A stretch of DNA of 47,529 bases, taken from Catajapyx aquilonaris (taxonomy: Eukaryota). The stretch spans positions 1 through 47,529 of the forward strand of contig KZ538785.1 in the NCBI GenBank assembly GCA_000934665.2, read 5' to 3'. The notes beneath the pieces are model-generated. The model was not told the DNA's origin and made no database searches. It saw only the letters and a program-made list of their open reading frames with translations. Made by a program: the position numbers and the translations under genes. This document shows, piece after piece, positions 23,708 to 37,771 of this stretch; position 1 is the first letter of the stretch; each line of letters begins with the position of its first letter.

Positions 23708-24053
23708 CTATTTAGTAATATTGAGCCTCAACTTATACACCAACATGCCGGGTATTTCCAAACTGCAGTAAATTTACTTAAGTTTTCTGATATAATATTA
23801 TAATGTTTGTTGTTAAGTTCATGAGCAATTCATGACATGTTTCTATCTTGATTTTTCCGATGCATTATTCCAGTCACGTGTCGTCTAAATGATTATGTTT
23901 GTGTATTAGGAATGGACATATTTTTGCCAGTGAAGTTAAACTTTATTTATGTAATTACTTTCCAATTATAATGTACTGAAAATGGTAGGAGATGGCGTAT
24001 CCCCTGTAAGTGCCACCGGCCCACTCGGTAAATAAATTTACTTACTTACTTAC
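23708..24053 (+). mobile_element. 5'-truncated non-LTR retroelement 3' end
   Basis: Ends in AATAAA plus a (TTAC)n tail. Flanked by a 16-bp direct repeat TTACACCTGTCCATTT (23692-23707, 24054-24069). Confidence 0.8.
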
Positions 24054-24184
24054 TTACACCTGTCCATTTATTTCTTATAGGCAAACAAGATCATTGCCTT
24101 TATACGACGCGACGGAGAGATTGATTCAGCTGAAATCGTACTTTTATGAACACCCTACTATAACATTTAGAGCGCTAGTATCCT

Positions 24185-24515
24185 TTTGATCAGATGCCCC
24201 ACATATTTCGGCATTTATGTCCTTGTCCCATCCATGAACAAGTTTTGCAACACTCCTCTCCTGGAAGGCGGTTTATTGCCCCTTAAGCCTCCAGAAGGCA
24301 GCCACATCTTAATTTCATTACCCAGTCAGAGCTTTCTTCAGAAGATCCAAACGGTGATATACCGAGCAGGTGCAAGGTCGGGACTGATAGACTATGGGTC
24401 ATTCAAGATGTTCCAGATGTGGGTCGGTGGCTGTAAGTGCAGCAGGATACCACATTCCACGAGAGGGATATTGCAAAACTTGCCGGAGGGTCGGGCAAGG
24501 ACGTAAAAATGTTTC
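24185..24515 (+). pseudogene. Possible highly decayed mariner transposase C-terminus
   Basis: QQDTTFHERDIAKL..KDVK resembles the mariner tail (FY-x-x-GI-x-KL-x-x-RW-x-K-x-V). A faint YSPDLAP-like trace is near 24200. Confidence 0.4.
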
Positions 24516-27500
24516 CGGATATTCTGTTGGAAAATATGTTCTTGCAATCCTACAGTCGATATGAGGTATTATGGTACCACTTAAATGTTATTTCTCGTTA
24601 CAGTGTAGGCCTATTTAATAACTAGAATTTTACCGACATATTCATCAGGTTTGTTAATTTGAGAATGTTTTCTAGGGCGTCTGGGTGAATTCTACAAGTA
24701 TAAATTAAGGTGGTCTTCCACCATTGTAATGTTGGGACAGGAAGCAGGGAAGTTGCTCGAGTAAATTCCATAAAATTTGTGCAGTCCTACACTTTTTCAA
24801 AAATAATTATGGCTAGGTGTACTTTTTAGGTAGGCCATATTAAAGATGTTTAAAATCATATTATATAATAATATTATATAGAAACACTGTTCGAAATAAA
24901 ACAAGTCAATAAGGATCAGTTAACCTCTGTCACAAAGAAACTACCCAATTCTCTTTATTAAGAAGAAGCACAAGAGGGAAATACTGTATCGTGACAAATT
25001 ATCCAATTCTATACTGCATAGCCTTTCAATTTCTGTACGGTTATTGAATATTGCATGAGTTTAGGTTGTTCAGTAGACTGCTATATCATATTTTTGGTTA
25101 TAATCAGCGTCATCAGGTCCAAATATTTATGCAATAAAATTTCGGAATAATGCTGCACCCATCATAAAATCTACTATTTCTCGGAAAAACTGATCACACG
25201 TATATTTAAAATGCATAATTTGGCCGTTTATGTACAATTTAAATGCATGTCTGGATTACGCAACAGACTGGACATGCCTCCAATTTGGCCGTAAGTGTGC
25301 AACAGCTTTCATGACGATTAATTAGCTAGTAAAGGAGGCCTACATGGTGATGCAGTTTTTTTTAAATTTTGGCTTCGTCTGAACTCTTGACATATTGCTC
25401 GTAAAAGAGGAAGATTGTGACCCGTTGCCTGATAGTAGATGCAGAACAGATGGTTGATCAAAATTATTGGCGCGAGATTAAGCAGTCATTCTGGATTGAC
25501 CATCGACGTTGTAATTAGCTGGTGTCTATTAGTTGTAAAATATTTCGCCGCACAAATGGAATGTTATATATTGCATTTTGGTCGATTTATTATGGAAATG
25601 CCCGCGAGGCTTATTATTCCCAAAAAGTTGTCCCCCATTCAAAACGAGATGGGATCAGAAGTTAAGCACTGAGACATCTGGTGGCTTTTGTACATTATAT
25701 TCACTGGGCGTCCCACCACTAATGCACTAATGATAGTCTCTTGCAGGCGTAAATATTGTGTGTGTTGAATAATTGTTGTCATAGTGGAGGGACAGGCTTT
25801 TTTTCCCCTATTGTCTGAGGTTAATCACACGTCGTGATGTAAGGGATCGTAAAGGAAATAATAACACCTTTAATAGGCCCTTAATCAGTCGGGCGAAAAC
25901 AGCACGTACACTCTATAACCTCTTGGAACACCCTCTGTATGAGTCAAACTTGACCTCTCACCAGCACAGTATTACGTAGCCTACCTGATACAACATACGT
26001 ATTTATACTGTGGTACATAATTATATGTTGTGTGTGTAAAAACTCAGGAGACTGTGCTGGGCACACTTGTTACAAATTCACGAAACATGGCCTCATTCTA
26101 AAAAGGCACATTCCTTAGCCAACTTGCTTCAACGTCACAAGCATGCTTTGGGTCCCTCTTTGGAAAAAGTCTACCTGCATTCGCCCACGTGAAAGAGCCA
26201 CAAAAAATGACTCCAAGCAATGTTGCCATAGAAGAGTTCCCACCCACGGATATTCTGTAGGTCGAGTGTAGCTAACATTATGAAACCGTGGCTTCATTGT
26301 ACTCCTGGGAACACAAAAAGACAGGCCCAGCCACACATTTCCTCTCACATTTACTATTTTGTCTTGGGTTTTCTTCACGCCCATACTGTACAAGATAGTA
26401 GAAAGGCTTCTTCCAGAAAAGATTCCGAACCGATCAACACTTTGGAGAGAAAAGGTTGGAACTGATTTCCTGCATACTCAGAAATACCTTTTTTCTGGTC
26501 AGGATAAACCCACATGGCCTAGAGTCTTCTTGCTCCTTTATATACAACAGAAATTATTTTCACACTCTGAATCCTTCATTCATGCCTGGATATGGAAAAG
26601 TAAATGGGCAGCATATAATGAGAGAGAAAGGGAGACACTCAGAGATGTTTTTTTTCCCTCCAATTGTAACAGTAAGGACTAAGGGCTTCTTGATCTCTCC
26701 AAAATCCTGCATTACCTCCACGTTGTTAAGTGCTCGGTCAGTGAGAGTGTCTAATAGTCATTTTAGACCTCATCTTAGAGGCGGGATACTGCAGGCTGTT
26801 CGGGAGAGCAATAAAAAGGGCTCCTCGGAAAGGCCACTTTGCTTGAATCCGTATGGCCACATGCATAATAGTCGGTTAAAATAACAACCAGAGTCGACTT
26901 AATTATTCCGTAAGTGCTTTTACAGCTAAATCTGTTTGTTTCGACTGATTCTAGTTATAATGTAGGATATGCCCCCTCGTCGTCGTCGTCGTCGTTGTTA
27001 GGGTGCGAGAGTTGTCTGAGGATGGTGCGAGGACAGAGTGACAGATTTTGAGACCCCTCAGCTAACACCAGGACTTTTAAAATGTGATGACAGTAGGTGA
27101 ACGTAAGAAAGGCAAAAATAGTTCCCCACACTTCCAGACTACCGACATTCCTTAAAGTCAACCTATCCCCATGTCGTTCGTCTAGCTTGCAGCCGTTTTC
27201 TCCCCAGGTGGCGCAACTTTGCAAAAAAGAGGGAGATGATGCTGCCACAGGAGCGCCATAAGGAATAAAAGTGGTGTCGCCCATGCGGAAGAGCGGCTAC
27301 CATGCGCTGAAAGTCAGCCAACTTGCCACATTTAGACGACTCCCTTGCAGTAGAAATGTGTATTTTAGAGGGCCAGAATGCGTGATGAAAATACGATCGT
27401 GTAGGTTGAGTGGTTCTCATTTTGTTAATTTTACAAAGCCGCGTGTTTAGAAATTTAGCGTCTGAGGGATTCCTCCACGGCCTCTCCCAGATTATTGTCT

Positions 27501-30360
27501 CGCTTCGTTTGCCGGTGTTGAATACTCCAGGTCAAAAACCCTCTGTTGTATCCTCTCTGTAGCATAAGAAGAAGCTGTAATTTGCAAGTGACGCCGTTAA
27601 CTAAACAAGTGATATTATCACGTGATTGTAGCCTTATTTCAGCGTCACCTTAATCCTGAATGGGGTATGTTTTCTTACAGTATTTTTAATGTCATTCTTA
27701 GCGCTACAGCTTATGATTCTTATGAACGCAAGCCTTCCTGAGGTCCAGCTAGTCTCCATCAGTTATCTGAATCAGAAAGACCTATAATCACTTGCTCTAC
27801 TAATACTACACATCCATTTTTGCGGTACGACGAGTCTTATTGAACTCCTCAAACGTTAAGAAAATAGTTAGATCCGTATTTCCATCCCCTATGGGCCAAA
27901 CAAACTTTTAGAAACTATTCGTATACTGTACAGTATATTGGACATTGAGAGTCCCAAAATAGATAAGCGTAGCGTATATACAAATACAGTAAAACAGAAA
28001 AGATGAAGGGCAATCTCACATGTCTTGCTCATAGCATCATATTAGCTAGCATATATGAATTTGCTGGCCATACCTACTGTATAATGCAAACCTATAGGTG
28101 TTGCTACTACGCAGCTCAGCACATCAAATTCCCGGCTTGAAAAGACTAGATTCCTAGTCACGACACGTACTTTATTGTAAAAAGATGAGTGACACCACTC
28201 AAACATCCCATAGTACACCGAGGTGATACACACATGACATATGTATATACGGTAACAATCATACAGTGTCAGTTGCAATTGTGCTTTCAAACATGGAAAT
28301 AATTTCATAATTTGATTCCGTCCACTGTCGAATTAATAATATTTAAAAATATTTTATCCAATTAATTCCCACACATTATCATGGCGTAGATTATTAATTC
28401 ATTACCACGCAGACGTTTACTATACAAGAATCCTTCGTAGCATGTGGGCCGTAGAACAATAATTGATACTTTTTCTCAGCCACAGTTCAAGTTGAACCTC
28501 GCACTGGTATACTTTTTAAATACCAATAGCTAGTAGGAAATGGGTGCACATCCACATGAGAGAGAACGTACGAGTATGGCGCTTCTCAAACACAGGATAT
28601 CTGTTCTTGAACACACGCCTATTTTCACACTTAGGGCCTACCTATATTCCAAAAATAAATTTTGCATATGGAAAATAATGTGCAGAACGGCATGCTCATA
28701 AACAGCCAAAAGTGTGCTTTGTTGTGAAATATGAGTTGAGCCATAAGTATTTCCACCCACTACGTGGTTGGGTAACCAGCAGCATGGCAACACCCTCCGT
28801 AGGGTCCAAGCTTGTTATGGGCAAAGTGCATTCTGCTAACCCTGGAGCAAAACGAAGTGAATGACCTGAAAACCGCCTGAGTGATGGATGCTTAAGTCTT
28901 CTCCTGCATAAGGCGCCCTACTTTCCACTATAGTTACCATGTTTTCATTTCAGTGCATTTGTTTATTGGAACTGTGCTGGATTCAAGGCATTGTCTTCGC
29001 TTCGTTTCACTCAATGGCAACGATCCAGAAAAACAAGGTGGCAGCCATACGTCGATGCGTGTCATGTGACCGGTACAGTCCAGAGGCTGCGGAACTTTGT
29101 CCACCTTCCTCAGAGCAGGAAACTGCGAATCTCCTCCTTTCAGCATGAACAAAAGCGATTCAATGCCGCAGATGTCGGAAAACGGAACCAATAGGTCAAA
29201 CCCTTCCGGGGATTTTAATAACACTCATTATGTTGTTGTTCTTCACGAGTTTCACCCACTGACGTGACAGAGAAAGAACACGCTTGTCAGCTGAAGAAAC
29301 CTTCCCCTTGGAAATGTTGCTGATTCAATGCAGCACATGGTTGAAGAACAGGCATTGTAGGAATCACACCAACTCGTGGTTGCTTGCAAGGCAATTTCAC
29401 TATCCTCTGCATCACCAAGGGTCCAAGGTGTCAAAGAAAAACATCGGCAGTATGATACTAATAGCTGCTTGTTTGCGTCAATTATTATCGTAAGTCATCA
29501 GAGGCAGGGAAGTGTGTGAAATAATACCGGGCGCAATCAGATTGAACTGCAAATAGAGCGAAATATGTGTTGGGATAGACTCGGAGGATCGAGATTTGGG
29601 GCAGGGGGTAGGGGGAGAGAAGAGGACTGCAATAGCCAGGAATCCCCTCATAAATGCAATCAGGGTGTGAAATAACAAATTAGTAACGGAAGGGAACACA
29701 AATTCTTCCCATGCGTTGTCATGCAAAATTCATGCAACTAGATTCTTACGATGGTGTACTGCACGTTGCCATACCAATGTCTTAGCTTATGTTCATCCTG
29801 TGCGAAAGACATGGTGAAACAAACCTGACTGTTTTTCTTTCTTTCTCGAATAAAAACAGCCTGATACAGTATTGAACTCCTTATAATCAAAATAAACCAA
29901 GACAATAACACAAATCAATTATGTCACCTAATAAGAATAATTTTTAGATACGTACATTTGTGTCTAAAATATAGGCTAACTTTCGAGTGTGATGTTTTCA
30001 CATCTGGCAAATTCTTTTCTTTCTCGTCCTTTGCACCTATCAATGCTAAGTGTGACGTGGCTAGGTAGGAAGGACACCACGCATAACGGTACAATAGCAG
30101 CCTCCAAGAGTCATTAAAAGGGCCGAGCGGCACCACTAGTTTCGCCACTAAAAGAACGTCACTAGATCCTTTGGGGCTACCGGAAAAGCCTGCTTGACGA
30201 CCTAGTTTTATCCTCTATGTCGCCACCAGAGTGCTCTCATGTTGGCACCTGAATGGGCCACGAGGCTACAGGAATTTGCGCACAAAAAAATCTTGTAAAT
30301 CGTCAATGGATTGCAAATGTACTGCAGATTGTTGACATTTTAACTGGCCATTAATTGAAT

Positions 30361-30568
30361 CAGTTATTTCGAAAACCACGTAAGTCCAATGAACCAACTT
30401 TTCAGAAAAACACATCATTCCCATCTTTGCTTTTGCTATTATTATTTTAGTGAATATTCCTCATTAATAGAGGAATATAATATCGTATATTATATCTAGA
30501 AATTAACCATGGCAGCTGTGAAATTTGAATTAAAACTTTCTGGACTTATGTGGTTTTCGAAACAACTG
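30361..30568. mobile_element. MITE with 28-bp TIRs
   Basis: CAGTTATTTCGAAAACCACGTAAGTCCA / TGGACTTATGTGGTTTTCGAAACAACTG (2 mismatches); TSD not preserved. Confidence 0.7.
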
Positions 30569-33281
30569 GGGTTTCAAAGCATAGAAAATGTGTGAAATTA
30601 TTTTTTATATTGTTACAAGTTACAAATTTCATGCTTTTTTGCTTCATTATCACTTTTTGCTGTAGTTGTTTGCCAGCTAATTAATGTTTCATAGAATACC
30701 ATGTGTTCTTGTGGGATGTATACAGTTCTAGACAATTATCTTCTATCATGTAGACATTTTTTGCACTAGCCACTTTGCAGTATTCAAGAGGGGTTTAGAT
30801 ACGACATGAATATCTTTCATTGCCTTTTTTAAACCCCAAAATCACGATCCCAAGGCAAGCAACATGGCAGTATTGACACAAAGATCCCAAAAATTGGACT
30901 TATTCAATTATGCCAATCTATATGCAAACGTGACAATATTCGCAAACATTTACACGGTTGTTGAACAGTAATTGAGGATAACTAGAAATTAACAGCATTT
31001 ATTCTGTAGTTATCCTTATAACTTAGGCAGTTTCTGCTGTCATCTTACCCTGACACGTTTAGTGACCCCCATTATGTTGTATGGCATACTGTTATTTCCA
31101 CGGTCATCATGCGATCGAGTCTAAAATGCAAGGCCATCTAAACGGAAAATGGTATGAAGTGCCTGGGGTTATGACTCGAGTCTGGCAAACTTTCAGTTTA
31201 TGAAGACAATGGCCAGGAGGTTATCTGGCAAAACTCTTCGTAGAACAAAAATGTCATGGCGTTAACATTTTTGTCGCCACTTCATGTTGCGTGAATCCGT
31301 TGCTTCCGGATGCAGAGTCCCATCATATACGTTCGTGACCATTTTTAAAGAGGGATTTTTAAAGAAACGTTTCCTCTTTTGGCACATGAATGGACAGGAA
31401 CTCATGAATTGTTATGGTGCCGGGGTTTAGTTCAGCCAACTGTGGAAATTGTCGGAGTAATTTATAGTCTAATTTCAGTATGGAGACTAGTATTTTGTGA
31501 ATACTCTTGCAGGATGACCATGACGACAACGTCTATCAAGAGTTATTGCCTGTAATTGTAAATTCGTTAAACTGATTTGAACAATCAATTTACGCTCATA
31601 AATGTATCCTTAGCGTGCCTAATTATGCTCATTATAACGTGTCAGTAGTTCCAACAGATAGTAAAGCTGGATCTGATTCCTGTTTCATGGAAAAAGTGAA
31701 TCCAAATTAATGAAGTTAACCTGAGGCGAGAGTGTTACGTGACACATGGTCACAGTCACGCGAAGCTTCCTCCACTCCCAACCCTAGGAATGACGTAATT
31801 AACACGTTGATATTTTTTCGAGATTAATACCCTGCTAAAGGAGGAAGCTGGAAGAAGCTGATATTCTGCATAACCAACATCCAAGCTGAATTTTGTCCTT
31901 TCATACCTTTCACCTTAGAGAAATTCTGGCTGAGCCACTGCCTCCTGACACGTCAGTTTTTGCTCACAAATGTAGGCCTATGTAACTGTCCGGCACGCTT
32001 TTCCGGCAAGGCTATAGCCTATACGAGCAATTGGGGGCAGACGCTCCGCCTATGGAGTATCCCCGAACACAAGGTTCGTCAGAAAGTTCATACTGAGATG
32101 ACAAGGATTGGTATAGTCATCAGATCAGTTACTTAAAACATTTTTCGACAGCGGTGTTAATTCATCTTGTAAGAACTCAATGAATAATTAGTCGCCTGGT
32201 AATCCAGTAGCATAAGTTCGTTAATAAATGCATATTAGCGTAAAAGGGGCTCCTAATTATAGTCACGCAGATGCTTGTTCCACTACTGCAAATACACTTG
32301 AGCTTTCTGATAACATGCTGGAAAGAGCCTGCCATAACCTGCCTATAGACTCATAGCCACTGTGACAATGTGCTGGACCCTTGGCTTTAAAAACTAGCAT
32401 TTTTTCCAGTGCAGTACAAAATGGTATTGTAGTAGGTATATTTCCCTGGCTTCAAATGTAATGCAGATTACTTCAAGGTCTGTTTTTTCAGCATATCCGC
32501 AGAGTCGCGGATATGCATGATTCCGGACCGAATTGACAACGGTTACGACACATCCGGTAACTTCCAAATAAAACAAGCAGGCCTGAACTCCTGTAAGACT
32601 CGTTTCTTCCTCTGCACTGCCCTGATATAATTAACAGTGCGTCATAATTACGATCAAGAGGCATGAAGGAGCATGTGGCAAATGTGGCATTTGGATAGAA
32701 AGGTTTCAAAAAAAAGTGACCAAACCTGGTCCAAGCTGCGTGCATGTGGTTCAAAAAGCAAGTCAGTACAGGTTGTAAGGTACAGGCCATCCTGCAGGCA
32801 CGCCCCTTTTCATGACCACCAATCTTAAAAAATTTGCATCTAATTATCCCTTACTAAGTTTCCACAGGGCATTGTACACTACAATATTCGTCTACTCAGC
32901 CAACCGGCAGAAACTCTATTGAAGTTTTTTCCCCTTCTCATACGAATTGTCTTTTTGCACGGACGCAACCTTGGTAGCAGGTAGTGAAAAGGTACTAGGG
33001 AAGAGACGTCAAGGTTATCTCGCGTTACTCGTATCTTGGATTCTCACATCCTACCAGTGTCCCCCAGCATCCGATATCAAAATGCATTTGCGGATGACAT
33101 GCATAGAAATCACTTATTTGACCAAATATCATGATGATGATTTGAAAATATTTTTTCAACTTTTAGCTTGGGGTGCCTGGTACTATGTGTAACAATTATC
33201 TCTGACAGGAAGTTGCATATGAAATCATGCGGATAGACACTGCAATAGTTACAACTTGGAATTAAGCGGTCATCTACTCAC

Positions 33282-33430
33282 CTGAATGTATCGTCAAATG
33301 GGGGTCACAACACTGGTCGGATGCCACCAACAGACACCAATAACCCGGCTGGCAGTGTCAGCCATGGCCTACGACTGGGCTCTGGCAGCCGAATGAACGA
33401 GTAGATGCAACTTCTTCCTTCACACTGGAT
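33282..33430 (-). other. Candidate upstream non-coding exon of the PEAK-like gene
   Basis: Consensus donor CAG|gtgagt at 33282 in a GC-richer, transposon-poor segment. The 5' boundary is unknown. Confidence 0.35.
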
Positions 33431-34532
33431 GGCTGCACCCCCACAAAATACCCCCACTCCAAACAACCACCCTACCCACTCAACCCCTACTTTTCCCGCA
33501 TAGGTGTTGCCACGTTTTCAGAGAGGCCAAGGTGGAGGTGGTTCTAATATAAAATAGGTCAGTAACCGACTCCCCTCATGCCGGTGGACAAATACATTCG
33601 CATTTTGCAGTCCAGCCCATTAGGTGCACAGTCAGCTCGAGAAATCTTCTTATCACAATTATAAATTGAAATATATATATATAACTGTGGTTAATCGCAT
33701 TTAGAATCCTGTTAGAATTCGAATTGATCGGAGAAGGGCAAAAACTGACGGTAGTAAATTTTCATAATGCTGATCACACTGACGTGCCCAGAATGTGGTG
33801 GTATTTCTGATGACATTTCCCTATAAACACTGCCGATCTTTTTATGGGACCACTGTAGAACCTGTACTATAGCGTATATCCTGCTTCCCTTTCTATTCTT
33901 GGAGCTCAACAGGTTCCAATGCAAACCGTAGCATTATTCGATGTCCCAAGCCTTCTCTTTAGAATAACAACTCAGCGAGGAGTCAGTATAACACTCAAGA
34001 GCTATACCGTTTGGTCAGGTCCATTTATGAATGAGCACGACCAATTACAGATGACTGTTTCTACAATCACCACGTCCATGAAGTCACATTCTCTCGCATA
34101 TCTGAAATGGGACAAAGGAAACGGAGAAGGTAAACGTCCTTAATGAAACAAGACAAACTCCTTGTGCTTTCAAGGCCTTCGATAAAGCAGGTTTCCAGTC
34201 TTCCCACCGAGAGCCCTTTACCTATCTCGAGCGATTTGCTAGTCTATTGTTAAATATCCTTCCTGGGCCGGCACCGGTTTGCTAGTTCGCCAAATGATGT
34301 TGGATTTCTCCAAGTGTGACTTCCCAAGGGTAGTGCCAAAAGAAAAGAAAACACAAAACATGTTTTTGGTCGTCCACCAAACTGGTCGTCGACCCATTCG
34401 GACTCAGATGCTGCAGAATGCGCATGAAAAGTATTAAATGCCACAGTGCATGTCAATGAACTCCATCATTTATGAGAGTGAAAAAGTGAGACTAGAAAGG
34501 AAGTCAATGTTCAACAGCAACAATAGCATATT

Positions 34533-36242
34533 ACCTGGACATTATTTCAGAGTTACTAAACGAAACTTGGGGTGTATGTTCGATTGGCCCCCCTGAACAA
34601 TATCTGAAAGTTCCCAAGTGATCCTGCATGGGATTACCCTGGAATCTTGCAAAAACCGTAACATACCTGCAGTTTTCCTTGAACTTGCCTAGAAAGCGAA
34701 CGCATGGACTTTGACACTCATTTTTTTTCCAAATTACATGTTTTGACGTGTGTTGTCATTTAGAAAAAAAGCACCGAAGCAGGTTGGCATAGTGGATAAG
34801 GCGTCCGACTGCTAATCGGGAGGTCCTGGGTTCGAATCCCGGGGCCGGCAACTCTGACCGTGGTTTTCTGTGGTTTCCCACGGTCCTTCCAGGAAAATTC
34901 CGGAGTTGTTTCCGTAATTAACAGGCCACAGCCGCTTCCTTCCGTCCCTATCCCATCCCAAAAAGTGCAGTAAAATGAAAGAAAAGAGTTCCAGGCAAAA
35001 CAAACTTCCCCCCTAAAGAGCCGATGGCTGATAACGGGTATGAATTATCATTTAGAAAAAAGCGCCAACGATTTTGATATAAACTTAATTTCAAGTCTAT
35101 TAGGCTCGTGTCAAGGGTCACGAACTTTGACTTGCCAACATGACACGTAATTTTAATCGGATATTTTTTTTTTGTCTGTCATCACCGGATATTGCGTACC
35201 GTATACATGTAGAATTGAAAACCACCTTTTTCATGTACAGTATGTGGGATGCACAGTTACTGAAATAAAAGGGTTATTGTAAGCATCAAAATGGAAGAGT
35301 CCTCATTTTTGACTTCGTCCTTGCTCGTGACCTATATGGACACTAGCGGGTTTTTCAAATACGCGTATGTCACTTAGACCTGGGCAAAATTCGGCCATAT
35401 GTTCCAAATTCCGGTTTTCTAGAAACATGTTGGGTGAACATTTGAATAATTTTGGTTGTATTATCTGATTTATCTGACCCGCTTGCAGCTTCGTGGCGCC
35501 CCCTATCATACCTATATTTTGGCCATGTAGATACAGGTGCAAGGCTTGTGTCAGTTGTATGATTGGCCTTTTTACCACATAAACGAGCCACATAAGCCTT
35601 AGAGATCTCTGCTGTAGGTAGTTAAGAATATTCTCCAGCGTTTTAAAGTGAAAAGCCTATAAACCAGGTAAGTCCACTTACCTGGTAATTGCGGAGAACC
35701 CTTCAATTGAAAAAAAAAAATCCCGTGCTTATACAACAATGTGTGCCCGTTTGGGTGGAGTTCAAGGAGCTTACAGGTAATCTGCAGGATATCCAGGCAC
35801 CCAAACCATCGCCACTTACGAAGGGATACAATCAAAACAAGCACTATGAAAAAATTAATTCGGGCTAAGACAACTCGTCCCCTTCCTGAGTGCGTTCCAG
35901 AAAAAATCAAGGTAATGAATAGCTTTTGCAGGTTAACATAATTAAGTTTATATCAAAATCGTTGGCACGTTTTTCTAAATGACAACACATGTCAAAACAA
36001 GTAATTTGGAAACGGCAATGAGTGTCAAAGTCCATGCGTTCACTTTCTATGCAGGTTCAGGGAACACTGCAGATATGTTACAGTTTTTGCAGAATTCCAG
36101 GGTAATCCCATGCAGGATCACTTGGGAACTTTCAGATATTGTTCAGGGGGACCAATTGAACATAACTTATATCCCAAGTTTCGTTTAGTATAACTCTAAA
36201 TGTCCAGGTTTTGGGTAAAAATCTACTAAATACTCTGGACTA
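34533..36242. mobile_element. Long-TIR non-autonomous DNA transposon (Academ-like terminus), left end clipped
   Basis: 34533-34769 plus 35062-35090 is the reverse complement of about 35940-36209. The right end CTCTGGACTA reads TAGTCCAGAG on the other strand. Confidence 0.7.
34772..35047 (+). mobile_element. tRNA-derived SINE with TSD, inserted in the TIR of the host element
   Basis: A box TGGCATAGTGG, B box GGTTCGAATCCC and the central domain seen at 18304. TSD TCATTTAGAAAAAA at 34756-34769 and 35048-35061. Confidence 0.9.
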
Positions 36243-36318
36243 CTGGGGCCGACTGGGGCAGTATCTCGTCCATAGATGTGTACAATGAAAATGAACGCTT
36301 TAAACATAATTATGCCTC

Positions 36319-37263
36319 CCCTTACCGAAATTTAACCCAGCCGCGAGCTTGCCGCTAGCTCGCCAGAAGCTGGCCAGCTCGCCTCAGGATAGCCGCCACC
36401 TCGCGGGACCTCGCGGCTGTCAAAATATTCTCCTGACCTCGTCATGACGAGCTAGCCGCTACTTGGCGCCGAGCAAGTCATTCCGCGAGGTCAAGTCTCT
36501 TTTTCTGACCTCGTCATGACAAGCTAGCCGCTACTTGGCGACGAGCAAGTCATTCCGCGAGGTCGAGTCTCTTTTTCTGACCTCGTCATGACGAGCTAGC
36601 TGCTACTTGGCGACGAGAAATTTATTCGAATGTGGGGCAGCTTCCCGCGTGGAGATGGCGCTGCCGTCGGTGTATCGTTGCACCGATTTATCCCACAACA
36701 ATGCGAATTAATTTTGGCCATTACCCATGTGCAAAGGTGGCAGGATGCTCCACTGCATGCGGCTCAGTTACACCCGAGGTACTTCATTGTGACATTAATT
36801 TGGTAGAGTCGTTAAATGGCAATGCTGTTTGGTGCGAGCAGGACAATCCGCGGTATGAAAGAGCCATACAAGCCGGGCACCTTCGCACTTCCACGAAAGC
36901 CAAGCAACCAACCATGCGAAGAAGAGAATAATAAAAAGCGAAAAAGCCACTTCCCCATCCCCAGTATGACTTGCTCGGCGCCAAGTAGCGGCTAGCTCGT
37001 CATGACGAGGTCAGGAGAATATTTTGACAGCCCCCTTACCGAAATTTCGGCTACCTCGCGACTAGCTCGGGCAGCGAGGTGGTCGCGAGGTGGCCACCTC
37101 GCGACCACCTCGCCACCGCCACCTTGCGACCACCTCGCCGACCGCCACCTCGCCGCGACTTCGCCCGCGACATAGCGAAATGAAACAACCGCTAGTATGC
37201 GGTTGGGTGGCCATAAGCTCGTCTGACGACCTCGCCGCGAGGTAGAGAAAATTTCGGTAAGGG
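36319..37263. mobile_element. CMC/EnSpm-like composite non-autonomous element
   Basis: 15-bp TIR CCCTTACCGAAATTT (36319, repeated internally at 37033) / AAATTTCGGTAAGGG (37249-37263). TC on both flanks (2-bp TSD) and many ACCTCGC subterminal repeats. Confidence 0.75.
36433..36617. repeat. 72-bp tandem repeat, about 2.6 copies
   Basis: Units start with CTGACCTCGTCATGAC at 36433, 36505 and 36577. Confidence 0.95.
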
Positions 37264-37771
37264 TCTTGATGATGGCCCGCTTTCGAACCCATCGCACGCT
37301 GTTATCCGATATAATTTCACGTTTTGGTTAAAGGATCGTGACATCTCTCAAAGTGATTGCTCTCACGTTTTCCCCTCACATCAAATCTCGAATCAATTCG
37401 TAAGGTTTTACGGGGATTACCTCTGCTAAAACTTGTGTCTCTTTGGACAGCATAGCTGCTGCTGCTTACGGCAGATTGCGGTAGATTTTATATCATTTTG
37501 ACCTTCACTTCGAGCCATATACATAAATACTCGCTACGCTCGGCGGTATGGCTTCGCACAGATGCGCGCCTTCGGCGCTTCGCGTCGACGCCCGAGCTGT
37601 TGTGATAAGAGTCGCCAATTTTCTGTTTGCATTTGATGAGGGGTTCCGAGCCAACAGCACGGCTGATGCAATACAGCTCGCACAAACAAAGGGCTAGAAA
37701 AGAGGCAGTGCGGGCGAAGAGGAGTGGATGCAATACAGAGTGCCATACGGTCGAGGAGTGTTTGAGAGTGT

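Noticed and set aside
26100..29730. Cluster of short ORFs in the upstream intron
   Set aside because: No motif I can support; possibly very old retroelement debris.
36433..36617. 72-bp repeat array as a CRISPR-like locus
   Set aside because: Units are contiguous near-identical tandem copies with no unique spacers or cas genes, in a eukaryotic transposon.
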